Part shown: one piece after another, positions 9,040 through 17,574 of the stretch
How positions within the stretch are numbered: the first letter of the stretch is position 1
Layout: the number at the start of each line of letters is the position of its first letter
Source: a virus
Lineage: Duplodnaviria > Heunggongvirae > Uroviricota > Caudoviricetes
Virus record (IMG/VR): IMGVR_UViG_2737471860_000008
Location: 1-48,484 of that record
Reading direction: 5' to 3' (one strand)
Length of the DNA: 48,484 nt
The notes under the pieces: generated by a model
The model's input: only the letters and a program-made list of their open reading frames with translations
Told to the model about the DNA's origin: nothing
Database searches by the model: none
Translations under genes and position numbers: made by a program

Positions 9040-9339
9040 TCAAATAAGTGGTTTGCTGCCTAATTTCATTTTCTGGCGACCAACACAAGTCACGCCCATT
9101 TCACTGCGTGGCTTGCGGTAGTAAATACGATTCTGTTTACGCTCGACTTCTTCTGCCTTCTTGCAGCGAAGGCTTCCGAGTGATGCTGCTTTATCTGCTC
9201 TGACGCAACCAGAGAGCTTTAGCGCAATTTTTCGCGCCAGTCGCTGTTCTTGCATTGCCTGCTCACGTTGAGCCTGTCTGCGTGCTCTGCGGCGATTTCT
9301 GGCGTTATCGTCAGCCAGATATGTAATGACTACTGTCAT
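9040..9339 (-). CDS. N: Antitermination protein N-like, ~99 aa (start moved to MTVVITY)
   Basis: GGAGG SD before ATG 9339; arginine-rich motif NARNRRRARRQAQ; C-terminus KQNRIYYRKP...GVTCVGRQKMKLGSKPLI resembles lambda N C-terminus. Confidence 0.75.
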   Translation of the reverse strand: MTVVITYLADDNARNRRRARRQAQREQAMQEQRLARKIALKLSGCVRADKAASLGSLRCKKAEEVERKQNRIYYRKPRSEMGVTCVGRQKMKLGSKPLI

Positions 9340-9379
9340 GTTGACCTCCGGGAAGGTACACATCCTTGTGTGTCGATGA

Positions 9380-9499
9380 TTATTTGTTTTTGCGTTCCCA
9401 CATCCAGTCATCTACTTCAGACCAGATAGTGAAACCGAAGCAGATGGCGAATGTGGTAACTAAACCACCGAGAATTGGGTTGGTCATGATGTCTAACAT
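9380..9499 (-). CDS. Small hydrophobic peptide, 39 aa (hand-called), between nutL and N
   Basis: GAGGAA SD then ATG; MLDIMTNPILGGLVTTFAICFGFTIWSEVDDWMWERKNK has one predicted TM helix. Confidence 0.35.
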   Translation of the reverse strand: MLDIMTNPILGGLVTTFAICFGFTIWSEVDDWMWERKNK

Positions 9500-9670
9500 T
9501 TTCTGTTCCTCAGATGATTAGCTTTGGTGGTGTGGTAGGTGGGAGACCCATTTCGACCCGCTTCGTCCGACTTCAATTCGGCAATAGTCCCGCAGGCCTC
9601 GCCGCTTTACGTGCGACATATTCCCGTCCATGAACCCTTCACCACACCCCAAAGCCAACTACTCTTTGGT

Positions 9671-9711
9671 TCCCGCATTTCGGCGGGACAATCCCATCAA
9701 TGTTAAAGAGC
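9671..9711 (-). promoter_or_regulatory. nutL-like site (boxA GCTCTTTAACA plus boxB hairpin)
   Basis: On the minus strand GCTCTTTAACA precedes hairpin CCCGC-CGAAAT-GCGGG by 12 nt; near-identical copy downstream of cro. Confidence 0.6.
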
Positions 9712-9850
9712 CTGCCAATCTGTTCCGTTTGGCTACCAGCGTCCTGCTGATGGCTTAAATTTAAGATCTCTTTAATTAATGGTCAAGAGTATTTTTGAAG
9801 AAAACTTAAATTTTCTTTCGTAACTTAAGTTTGGCTTTGATTTTTAAAGG

Positions 9851-9876
9851 AAATAAAAAAAGGGGCGAATGCCCCC
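9851..9876 (-). terminator. Rho-independent terminator immediately after cI
   Basis: Hairpin GGGGC-GAAT-GCCCC directly after the cI stop, followed on the minus strand by a T-run. Confidence 0.6.
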
Positions 9877-10527
9877 TTATGGAAGGTTTGCTAGTTTTGC
9901 ATCGACAACTACGCCGATGATTTTGCAGTTTCCGTTGATCTCGATCATCGGATATTGTGGGTTAAGTGGTTTTAGAAACTTCCTGCCTGCATCAATAACT
10001 AACTTCTTGAAAGTTGCCTCGTTTTCTCCTTCGAGCTTTGCAACTACCAGTTTCCCGTTACGCGGCTCTACTTCAGGATCGACGAGTATTATCATTCCTT
10101 CAGGGATACTGAGACCGGCCGGAGCCGTCATTGAGTCTCCCTTCACGTCCAACCAAAACGAATCTTCTGAACAGTCTACGGTTGTATCGTACCAGTTATC
10201 TATTGCACGCTTATGATATGGTTCTACAGCTTCCATCCAGCATCCTGCGCTCACCCAGCTAATCAGAGGGTATGACCCTCTTGGATCATGCCTACTGTGA
10301 TAGGCAATGTTTGAAAGACTTTCCTCTCCTTTCATCAGATAGTCAGGGGAACACTTCAACGCATTAGCCAGGGCGAGAAGATTCTCTCCATTTGGCTCTG
10401 TCTCAGAGCGTTCCCACTGAGATATGGCAACATTAGACACGCCGACCATCTTTCCAAGTGCGGCCTGCCTGATCTTGAGTTCTTTTCTCCGAGCGCGAAT
10501 GCGCTCTCCCATCAATTGAGTTTTCAT
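9877..10527 (-). CDS. cI: CI repressor (P22 C2/434-type, HTH plus S24 LexA-like autopeptidase), 216 aa
   Basis: N-terminal HTH (QAALGKMVGVSNVAISQWERSE), C-terminal S24 domain with GDSM serine and conserved Lys; divergent from cro. Confidence 0.9.
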   Translation of the reverse strand: MKTQLMGERIRARRKELKIRQAALGKMVGVSNVAISQWERSETEPNGENLLALANALKCSPDYLMKGEESLSNIAYHSRHDPRGSYPLISWVSAGCWMEAVEPYHKRAIDNWYDTTVDCSEDSFWLDVKGDSMTAPAGLSIPEGMIILVDPEVEPRNGKLVVAKLEGENEATFKKLVIDAGRKFLKPLNPQYPMIEINGNCKIIGVVVDAKLANLP

Positions 10528-10607
10528 AGTTAAGACATCTTAAATAAACTTGACTTAAGATTCCTTTAGTGGATAATTTAAGTGTTCTTTAATTTCGGAG
10601 CGAGTCT
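10528..10607. promoter_or_regulatory. OR operator/pRM-pR region with P22-type 18-bp operators
   Basis: ATTTAAGTGTTCTTTAAT at 10576-10593 and AGTTAAGACATCTTAAAT at 10528-10545 fit P22-type operators; -35 TTGACT (10550-10555) and -10 GATAAT (10572-10577) for rightward promoter. Confidence 0.6.
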
Positions 10608-10793
10608 ATGTACAAGAAAGATGTTATCGACCACTTCGGAACCCAGCGTGCTGTAGCTAAAGCGTTAGGCATTAGCGACGCAGCAGTCTCTCAGTGGAAG
10701 GAAGTCATCCCAGAGAAAGACGCCTATCGACTGGAAGTCGTTACAGCTGGCGCCCTGAAGTATCAAGAAAGCGCTTACCGCAAAGCGGCATAA
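10608..10793 (+). CDS. cro: Cro-like repressor, 61 aa
   Basis: Small HTH protein (QRAVAKALGISDAAVSQW) divergent from cI, GGAG SD. Confidence 0.8.
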   Translation: MYKKDVIDHFGTQRAVAKALGISDAAVSQWKEVIPEKDAYRLEVVTAGALKYQESAYRKAA

Positions 10794-10799
10794 GCAAAT

Positions 10800-10845
10800 T
10801 GCTCTTTAACAGTCATGGTCCTCATTCCCGCCGAAATGCGGGAAT
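10800..10845 (+). promoter_or_regulatory. nutR-like site (boxA TGCTCTTTAACA plus boxB hairpin)
   Basis: boxA 10800-10811, hairpin ATTCCCGC-CGAAAT-GCGGGAAT 10824-10845; same boxB sequence as at nutL. Confidence 0.6.
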
Positions 10846-10901
10846 ACAACGCGCATAAGTTGATGCGCATAACTTCTTATTTGTTAAGGAAATACTTACA
10901 T

Positions 10902-11195
10902 ATGGTTCGTGCAAACAAACGCAACGAGGCTCTAAGAATCGAGAGTGCGTTGCTTAACAAAATCGCAATGCTTGGAACTGAGAAGACAGCGGAAGCTGTG
11001 GGAGTTGATAAGTCGCAGATCAGCAGGTGGAAGAGGGACTGGATTCCAAAGTTCTCAATGCTGCTTGCTGTTCTTGAATGGGGCGTCGTTGACGACGACA
11101 TGGCTCGATTGGCACGACAAGTTGCTTCGATTCTCACCAATAAAAAACGCCCGGCTGCAACCGAGCGTTATGAACAAATGCAGATGGAATTCTGA
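10902..11195 (+). CDS. cII: CII transcriptional activator, 97 aa (start moved to MVRANK)
   Basis: Near-identical to lambda CII as I recall it ([51 protein letters not shown]...); the upstream extension in the ORF track contains nutR. Confidence 0.9.
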   Translation: MVRANKRNEALRIESALLNKIAMLGTEKTAEAVGVDKSQISRWKRDWIPKFSMLLAVLEWGVVDDDMARLARQVASILTNKKRPAATERYEQMQMEF

Positions 11196-11227
11196 GGTCA
11201 TTACTGGATCAATCCACAGGAGGAATT

Positions 11228-11374
11228 ATGACAAAACAACTCAGTCCTTACCAGGACAAAATTCACAAACACATACTACGTGATCGCTTCCTGTCCAGCT
11301 TCAAGCAGCCTGGTCGATTCCGGGCTGAGTTGGAAAAAGTGAAGCTGATGCAGAAGGAGAAAGGTCATGAGTAA
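11228..11374 (+). CDS. Small hypothetical protein, 48 aa (hand-called)
   Basis: AGGAGG SD then ATG 11228; stop overlaps start of the O-like gene (ATGA). Confidence 0.4.
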   Translation: MTKQLSPYQDKIHKHILRDRFLSSFKQPGRFRAELEKVKLMQKEKGHE

Positions 11375-12266
11375 CATATCTAATCTAGCCGAAGCCAGAG
11401 AGGCCAGAAGGCTACAACAACCGCATCAAAGCAGCGGTAAGGGGTATGCCTTGCTGCACCGTAAAATTATGGATGTGCCGTTTTACAAGGACGCAGAAGC
11501 TGCGCATCTGTGGGTTCACTTAATCCTCAAAGCAAAGTATACGCCTGAGTATGTAATGACTGACGCAGGAGAAATTCTGGTAGGCAGAGGGAAGCTACTT
11601 GGCGGTAGAAACTCTCTGGCGTTTGAAACAGGACTCAAACCAGATCGCGTTCAGTACCTGCTTAGAAAGTTCAAAAAACTCGGCATGATTGACTGGGTTT
11701 CACACGGTAAATTCTCAGTTTTCTCGGTAGAGAAATATGACGATTATCAGTCAAATTTTGTACCAGCAGATTACCAGCAAATTACCACCTCAAAGCCAGC
11801 AATACCAATGCCTGCAAGCAATACTGTACCAGCAGATTACCAGCAAATTACCACAGGTAAAGAATATAATAATATTATCTCTAATACTGACGTATTAGAG
11901 AGTGCCACAGCAGACAAAAAGTCTGACAAGAAAAAACCTTCCGTCAGCTGTCAGGATGTTGTCGATGCTTACCACGAAATCCTTCCTGAAGCGCAAAAAA
12001 TCCGCGCACTGAATGACAAGCGTAAAAACCAGATCCGAACGTTCTGGCGCAAAGCCGGAGTGATAACCCGCCAGCTTGACGGGCATGGGTTCACGATGCA
12101 GGACTGGAGAAATTATTTGATCTACGTAGGCGAAAATTGCCGATGGATGTTCGAAGAACGCCCAAACCATCAACGCGGAACCGTCTGGCACAAAAAGGGA
12201 TTTGATTTCCTGCTTAACGACAATACCTACCTGAAAGTTCGTGAGGGTGAACACGATGACCGATAA
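11367..12266 (+). CDS. Replication initiation protein (O-like, iteron-binding), 299 aa
   Basis: Position after cII; ori-type iterons lie inside the gene and encode the duplicated peptide [10 protein letters not shown]. Confidence 0.7.
   Translation: MSNISNLAEAREARRLQQPHQSSGKGYALLHRKIMDVPFYKDAEAAHLWVHLILKAKYTPEYVMTDAGEILVGRGKLLGGRNSLAFETGLKPDRVQYLLRKFKKLGMIDWVSHGKFSVFSVEKYDDYQSNFVPADYQQITTSKPAIPMPASNTVPADYQQITTGKEYNNIISNTDVLESATADKKSDKKKPSVSCQDVVDAYHEILPEAQKIRALNDKRKNQIRTFWRKAGVITRQLDGHGFTMQDWRNYLIYVGENCRWMFEERPNHQRGTVWHKKGFDFLLNDNTYLKVREGEHDDR
11759..11854 (+). repeat. Replication origin iterons: two perfect 30-bp direct repeats plus AT-rich tract
   Basis: TGTACCAGCAGATTACCAGCAAATTACCAC at 11759-11788 and 11825-11854, followed by AT-rich sequence at about 11855-11895. 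Confidence 0.65.
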
Positions 12267-13692
12267 TTTTTATGCGCCGCCCCATAGCATCGAGGCAGAG
12301 CAGGCGGTGATTGGTGGATTGCTTCTGGATGATGACAGCAGTGAGCGCGTCCGGAAAGTTCTGGCGATGCTGAAGCCTGATTCATTTTACAGCCGACCAC
12401 ACAAAATTCTTTTCGAAGAAATAACCAGAATGCACCGGGAGCAAAAGCCAGTAGATGGCCTGACGCTTTTCGATGAACTGGAGCGCAAATCGTTAACGGT
12501 GTCTGTTGGCGGTTTTGCTTATATCGCTGAGATCGCAAAGAACACGCCAAGCGCAGCAAACATCGTTGCCTATGCAATGCAGGTTCGTGAAACCGCAATG
12601 GAACGCTACGCCATCAACCGCATGACTGAAGCGACGGAATTGCTCTATTCCCGCAACGGAATGACTGCAACGCAGAAGTACGAAGCTATTCAGGCGATTT
12701 TCACGCAACTGACAGACCATGCAAAAACCGGATCGCGTCGCGGCCTTCGCTCATTTGGTGAGATCATGGAAGACTGGGTTAGCGACCTTGAGAAGCGATT
12801 TGATCCGTCAGGCGAACAGCGAGGAATGAGCACAGGGATCCCATCGCTGGACAGGATGCTGTCACCGAAAGGTCTGGTGAAAGGCTCTCTGTTTGTCATT
12901 GGCGCTCGCCCTAAGATGGGGAAAACGACGCTATACAGCCAGATGGCAATCAACTGCGCAGTGCATGAGAAAAAGCCCGCTCTGATGTTCAGCCTTGAAA
13001 TGCCAGGTGACCAGATACTGGAAAAACTGGTAGGGCAGAAGTCTGGTGTTAACCCGAATATTTTTTACCTTCCGGCGACAAATGACGCTGATGACGGCTA
13101 TCAGGGTGATTACGATGGTGACTTCAACAGGGCGATCGAAACAGCCAATCGCTTGAGTGAAATCGACATGCTTTACATCGACGACACGCCGGGATTATCT
13201 CTGGCTCAAATCGTCAGCGAAAGCCGTCGAATCAAGCGAGAAAAAGGATGTGTTGGCATGATTCTGGTCGATTACCTGACACTAATGACCGCTGAAAAGG
13301 CCGATCGCAACGACCTTGCTTACGGCATGATCACCAAAGGACTGAAGAACCTTGCCAAAGAGCTTGATTGCGTTGTTGTGCTTCTGACACAGCTTAACCG
13401 CGCACTGGAAAGCCGAACCAATAAACGCCCATTACCAAGTGACTCACGAGATACAGGGCAGATTGAACAGGATTGCGATTATTGGGTGGGGATCCATCGT
13501 GAAGGTGCTTTTGATGACAGTGTTCCACCTGGTGAAACCGAACTAATCCTTCGTCTCAATCGTCATGGCAATACCGGCACGGTGTATTGCATTCAGGCAA
13601 ATGGCGCTATTTATGACACAGACCAACAGTCTGCTGAAATGCGCCGCCGTGAACGCGAGGAGCCGCAGTCCAAGAAGAAAGGAGGATTCTGA
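12256..13692 (+). CDS. Replicative DNA helicase (DnaB family), ~478 aa
   Basis: Walker A GARPKMGKTT, DnaB N-terminal domain (IEAEQAVIGGLLLD), RecA-like core; start moved to ATG 12256 (GAGGGTGA SD). Confidence 0.85.
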   Translation: MTDNFYAPPHSIEAEQAVIGGLLLDDDSSERVRKVLAMLKPDSFYSRPHKILFEEITRMHREQKPVDGLTLFDELERKSLTVSVGGFAYIAEIAKNTPSAANIVAYAMQVRETAMERYAINRMTEATELLYSRNGMTATQKYEAIQAIFTQLTDHAKTGSRRGLRSFGEIMEDWVSDLEKRFDPSGEQRGMSTGIPSLDRMLSPKGLVKGSLFVIGARPKMGKTTLYSQMAINCAVHEKKPALMFSLEMPGDQILEKLVGQKSGVNPNIFYLPATNDADDGYQGDYDGDFNRAIETANRLSEIDMLYIDDTPGLSLAQIVSESRRIKREKGCVGMILVDYLTLMTAEKADRNDLAYGMITKGLKNLAKELDCVVVLLTQLNRALESRTNKRPLPSDSRDTGQIEQDCDYWVGIHREGAFDDSVPPGETELILRLNRHGNTGTVYCIQANGAIYDTDQQSAEMRRREREEPQSKKKGGF

Positions 13693-13721
13693 TGACCATC
13701 TACATCACTGAGCTAATAACA

Positions 13722-13752
13722 GGGGCTATTTACACAGTAGCCCTTTTTTATT
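13722..13752 (+). terminator. Rho-independent terminator after the helicase gene (tR2-like)
   Basis: Hairpin GGGCTA-loop-TAGCCC followed by TTTTTTATT. Confidence 0.6.
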
Positions 13753-13776
13753 GGATTAAGAACGAGGGGGATCCTG

Positions 13777-13980
13777 ATGGACACCGTTAACGGAATGTGT
13801 TCAGACGCACCGCGTGCCAAAAAATGTAAATGCGGAAAATCACCGACAATATTCGACATGGAGAACGGGTGCCAAATCTACTGCGTTAACCACGCTGCTG
13901 TGGCGGCTGCGAATTATCGCAGTGCGGTAACGGAGTGGAATAACCTGAAATCTGTTAGAGAGGGAAGTCATGAATCTTGA
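13777..13980 (+). CDS. Small Cys-rich nin-region protein, 67 aa
   Basis: GAGGGGG SD; Cys cluster CKCGKS...CQIYCVNH. Confidence 0.45.
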   Translation: MDTVNGMCSDAPRAKKCKCGKSPTIFDMENGCQIYCVNHAAVAAANYRSAVTEWNNLKSVREGSHES

Positions 13981-14152
13981 CGAGCAAGATGCACAAACTA
14001 TTAGCTCATACATAAGGGCATCAAGACCAGATTACAAAGGTCCGGTATTCGTAGATTTATCTCGCCTTGAGGAGATTTACATGTGGGAAGCAAAGCTACG
14101 TACGCATCTTTTTATTCGCAAGATGACTAGCAACATTACAAAACCAATGTAA
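13970..14152 (+). CDS. Hypothetical nin-region protein, 60 aa
   Basis: ORF in operon context. Confidence 0.4.
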   Translation: MNLDEQDAQTISSYIRASRPDYKGPVFVDLSRLEEIYMWEAKLRTHLFIRKMTSNITKPM

Positions 14153-14160
14153 CTAGAGAG

Positions 14161-14382
14161 GTGAATATGAGCACACTCGCAGACCTTATTCATGCTGATA
14201 TGGCGGAAGATGGAGCAAGGCGTAATAGGTACTGGAAATCATCAAGCCTTCCAGTTTATGAAAGATTCAACCACAGGCCAAAACCAAAACGGAGTCGAAG
14301 AGACAAGGTGTTGAAAAAACTCATGCAAATTAACATGGCTGGTTTTGTCAGATTCGTGAGTGAAACGACTAACGGGGATTGA
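14161..14382 (+). CDS. Hypothetical basic nin-region protein, 73 aa
   Basis: GAGAGG SD; basic C-terminal half. Confidence 0.4.
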   Translation: MNMSTLADLIHADMAEDGARRNRYWKSSSLPVYERFNHRPKPKRSRRDKVLKKLMQINMAGFVRFVSETTNGD

Positions 14383-14383
14383 T

Positions 14384-14842
14384 ATGGACGATTCAAGAAA
14401 GCAGTTTGAAGAGTGGTTTAAAAACAAATATCACGTTTCAAGTGACGTGATGAAGATTATGCACATCAAGGTCGAGATTGCATGGGAGGCATGGCAGGCA
14501 TCGCGAGCAGCTATTGAAATAACCGCGCCAAAGTTTATCGACAGCAGAGAAGCATTAGCCAAAGGGTTTACTGTTGATTATTCCAATGGCTTCGGTGATG
14601 CAATGGATGCTTATGAGGAAAACATCCAGCTCTGCTGGAGTCAAAGTGAAGGAGTGAGTATGAGCGAGTTAAAGCCATGCCCGTTTTGCGGAGACAACGC
14701 GATGATTATGCGCATTCCTGAAAGTGGATGGCGATATGGCCAGTGCATGTCATGTTTTAGCAATGGCCCAAAGAGGCCTGATTACGAAGGCGCGGTAATA
14801 GCATGGAACCGGAGAGCAGGAGATGAAGAAACTAACGTTTGA
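14384..14842 (+). CDS. Protein with C-terminal Lar-family (restriction alleviation) zinc ribbon; possible nested start at 14660
   Basis: C-terminus MSELKPCPFCG...CMSC...AWNRRA matches the Lar-type motif; AAGGAG SD precedes the internal ATG at 14660. Confidence 0.55.
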   Translation: MDDSRKQFEEWFKNKYHVSSDVMKIMHIKVEIAWEAWQASRAAIEITAPKFIDSREALAKGFTVDYSNGFGDAMDAYEENIQLCWSQSEGVSMSELKPCPFCGDNAMIMRIPESGWRYGQCMSCFSNGPKRPDYEGAVIAWNRRAGDEETNV

Positions 14843-15239
14843 ACTAAGAAGCCACATCCATCAGCAGAACGCCATTCAAGCCATCCAGCAAATCCTTCCA
14901 GACCCAACCAAACCAATCGTAGTAACCATTCAGGAACGCAACCGCAGCATTCGGCAAAATGCACGCCTTCACGCGATGCTATCTGAAATAAGTAAGAAGG
15001 CTACATATCATGGAAAAGCAAGAAATATTGAGTTTTGGAAGGGGTTATTCGTTTCTGGTTGGCAGATTGCAACCAACCAGCACCCTGAGATTATATCAGG
15101 GTTAGAAGGTGAGCTAATAAACATCAGAGAGAGTACGGCGACTCTATCTGTAAAAAAAATATCCGAAATAATGGACTACATAGAAGCATATTGTGCCATG
15201 AACTCAATTCATCTTAGCGAATGGAGGAATTATGATTGA
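14823..15239 (+). CDS. ninB: NinB-like recombination protein, C-terminally altered by an HNH cassette insertion
   Basis: N-terminus MKKLTFELRSHIHQQNAIQAIQQILPDPTKPIVVTIQERNRS matches lambda NinB as I recall it; the native C-terminal codons (KARWGDRAA) are found at 15805-15834 fused to the HNH ORF. Confidence 0.7.
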   Translation: MKKLTFELRSHIHQQNAIQAIQQILPDPTKPIVVTIQERNRSIRQNARLHAMLSEISKKATYHGKARNIEFWKGLFVSGWQIATNQHPEIISGLEGELINIRESTATLSVKKISEIMDYIEAYCAMNSIHLSEWRNYD

Positions 15240-15834
15240 GGTTTGGGTAGATATCGAAGGGATTCCATTTTATCAGGTTAGCAATAAAGGAAATTTCAGG
15301 TCTATTACGAGGGAAGTTACAGTAACATCAACCAGACAGAGGCCATATAAGAAAATAATTAATGGCACTAGTGTAAAACCATTCAAGTGCAAGTCGACAG
15401 GATATCTTCAAATAAAGGTATACGGTAAGAAATACAGCGCCCACAGGATAGTTGCGAAAGCATTCTGTACAGGGTTTTGTGATGGCTTGGTAGTTAATCA
15501 CAAAAATGGGCGAAGAGATGACAATAGGGCTGATAACCTTGAATGGGTATCACATTCTGAAAACTCAAAACACGGATATAAACAAAATGGAAGAATACCT
15601 ATATCGCTAGGTAAATTTAGTGGTGACCATCCTGCCAGTAAAGCTGTTATTTCTACTGACATGAAAACTGGGGAGGAGGTTTATTATGAAGCAGCTATGG
15701 ATGCTGTCAGAGAAGGATTTGATAGTTCGTCAATTAGTCGTTGCTGTAATGGCGAAAGCTCATATCACAAAGGAAGATTCTGGCGATTTGCAAATGAAAA
15801 AATGAAAGCGCGATGGGGAGACCGGGCAGCATGA
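15232..15834 (+). CDS. HNH homing-type endonuclease, 200 aa, ending in the displaced ninB 3' codons
   Basis: HNH motif [24 protein letters not shown]; NUMOD-like N-terminus; AT-rich relative to flanks; own GGAGG SD. Confidence 0.8.
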   Translation: MIEVWVDIEGIPFYQVSNKGNFRSITREVTVTSTRQRPYKKIINGTSVKPFKCKSTGYLQIKVYGKKYSAHRIVAKAFCTGFCDGLVVNHKNGRRDDNRADNLEWVSHSENSKHGYKQNGRIPISLGKFSGDHPASKAVISTDMKTGEEVYYEAAMDAVREGFDSSSISRCCNGESSYHKGRFWRFANEKMKARWGDRAA

Positions 15835-16004
15835 TGCGATGTTATCGGTGCGGTGAATGCAAAGAAGATAACCGCTTCCGACCAAATCAACCTTACTGGA
15901 ATCGATGGTGTCTCCGGTGTGAAAGAACACCAACAGGGGTGTTACCACTACCGCAGGAAAAGGAGGACGTGTGGCGAGACAGCGACGAAGCATCACCGAC
16001 ATAA
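15831..16004 (+). CDS. Small zinc-ribbon nin-region protein (NinD-like?), 58 aa
   Basis: [22 protein letters not shown]; start overlaps ninB stop (ATGATG/TGA). Confidence 0.5.
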
Positions 16005-16153
16005 TCTGCGAAAACTGCAAATACCTTCCAACGAAACGCTCCAGAAATAAACGCAAGCCAATCCCAAAAGAATCTGACGTAAAAACCTTCAACTACACGG
16101 CTCACCTGTGGGATATCCGGTGGCTAAGACATCGTGCGAGGAAAACAAGGTGA
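15971..16153 (+). CDS. ninE: NinE-like protein, 60 aa
   Basis: [60 protein letters not shown] matches lambda NinE as I recall it. Confidence 0.7.
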
Positions 16154-16859
16154 TTGACCAAAATCGAAGTTACGAACAAGAAAGCGTCGAGCGAGCTTTA
16201 ACGTGCGCTAACTGCGGTCAGAAGCTGCATGTGCTGGAAGTTCACGTGTGTGAGCGTTGTATATATGAATGCTTAAATATGGTGGAACATAATGAGAAAT
16301 ATAAGCAACATAGACGAATTAAGAAATAAATTATCATATGATGATGTTTTAGGTGTACTTAGATGGAAAGTGTCTCCTTCTAATAATGTTAAGGTTGGCA
16401 GTGTTGCTGGTTACATTAGGAGTGATGGTTATAGGATGTTAACTATCGATGGTGTAATTACTTATGCTCACCACGTCATATGGATGATAAATAATGGTGA
16501 GATTCCATTAGGGTATAAAATTGATCATATAAATGGAGTAAGGTCAGATAATAGGCTATCTAATCTTCGATTGGTTACACACCAACAGAATGCACAGAAC
16601 CAAAAGAGAAAAATAACCAATTCGTCAGGAGTGACTGGAGTATATTTCAATAAAGAGAGATGTAAGTGGATTGCGAATATATGCGTAGATGGGCGCACCA
16701 AATATCTTGGAATATTTGCTAGCATCATTGACGCTATTGCAGAAAGGAAGAGGGCAGAAAAAGAACTGGGTTTTCATGAAAACCATGGCAGACCATAACT
16801 GCGCAGAACTGATGAGCGATCCGAATAGCTCGATGCACGAGGAAGAAGACGATGAATGA
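16150..16859 (+). pseudogene. ninF: ninF split by a 539-bp HNH endonuclease cassette (5' part 16150-16260, 3' part 16800-16859 in a different frame)
   Basis: 5' part encodes ...QESVERALTCANCGQKLHVLEVHVCERC and 3' part encodes CAELMSDPNSSMHEEEDDE, which together match lambda NinF as I recall it; 539 bp between them shifts the frame. Confidence 0.6.
16292..16798 (+). CDS. HNH endonuclease with AP2-like DNA-binding region, 168 aa
   Basis: HNH motif IDHINGVRSDNRLSNLRLVTHQQN; AT-rich; lies entirely within the ninF interruption. Confidence 0.8.
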   Translation: MRNISNIDELRNKLSYDDVLGVLRWKVSPSNNVKVGSVAGYIRSDGYRMLTIDGVITYAHHVIWMINNGEIPLGYKIDHINGVRSDNRLSNLRLVTHQQNAQNQKRKITNSSGVTGVYFNKERCKWIANICVDGRTKYLGIFASIIDAIAERKRAEKELGFHENHGRP

Positions 16860-17574
16860 GTTAATAAATGGCAATGCCATCAAAATGACAAGCATTGAAA
16901 TCGCTGAGTTGGTTGGTAAGCGTCATGACAATGTGAAACGTACCATCGAAACGCTGGCTAAAAATGGTGTTATCCGGCTTCCTCAAATTGAGGTTTCCGA
17001 AAGAATCAATAACTTAGGGTTCAATGTTCAGTACGAGCATTACGTCTTCGAAGGCGAACAAGGTAAGCGAGACAGTATTGTCGTTGTTGCCCAGTTGTCG
17101 CCGGAATTCACCGCTCGCCTTGTTGACCGTTGGCGAGAGCTTGAAGACGCTGCGGTTAATATCCCCAAAACTCTACCAGAAGCGTTGCGCCTTGCTGCTG
17201 ATTTTGCTGAGCAGAAAATGCAACTGGAAAACCAGCTCGCAATTGCCGCACCTAAAGTTGAGTTTGCCGATCGCGTTGGCGAGGCCAGCGGAATTTTGAT
17301 TGGAAACTATGCAAAGGTTGTTGGTATTGGTCCAAACAAACTGTTTGCATGGATGCGCGATCGCAAAATCCTTATTGCTTCAGGTTCCCGGCGCAATGTG
17401 CCAATGCAGGAATATATGGATCGCGGCTATTTCACCGTAAAAGAAACAGCGGTCAACACAAATCACGGAATACAGATATCGTTCACCACAAAAATCACCG
17501 GGCGTGGTCAACAGTGGCTGACCAGAAAGCTGCTCGATAACGGAATGCTGAAAGTAACAGGGGAGGCTGCTTAA
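16852..17574 (+). CDS. Rha/Ant-family phage regulatory protein (antirepressor-like), 240 aa
   Basis: N-terminal Rha-like region (MTSIEIAELVGKRHDNVKRTIE) and C-terminal ANT-like region. Confidence 0.65.
   Translation: MNELINGNAIKMTSIEIAELVGKRHDNVKRTIETLAKNGVIRLPQIEVSERINNLGFNVQYEHYVFEGEQGKRDSIVVVAQLSPEFTARLVDRWRELEDAAVNIPKTLPEALRLAADFAEQKMQLENQLAIAAPKVEFADRVGEASGILIGNYAKVVGIGPNKLFAWMRDRKILIASGSRRNVPMQEYMDRGYFTVKETAVNTNHGIQISFTTKITGRGQQWLTRKLLDNGMLKVTGEAA

Noticed and set aside
10815-10901. N-terminal extension of cII in the ORF track
   Set aside because: The extension covers nutR; the known CII start MVRANK has its own SD.
16261-16799. Group I intron interpretation of the HNH insert in ninF (and similarly in ninB)
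   Set aside because: Nearly the whole insert is endonuclease ORF, leaving about 30 nt of non-coding sequence, too little for a group I or II ribozyme core; free-standing homing endonuclease insertion is more likely. Not excluded without RNA data.
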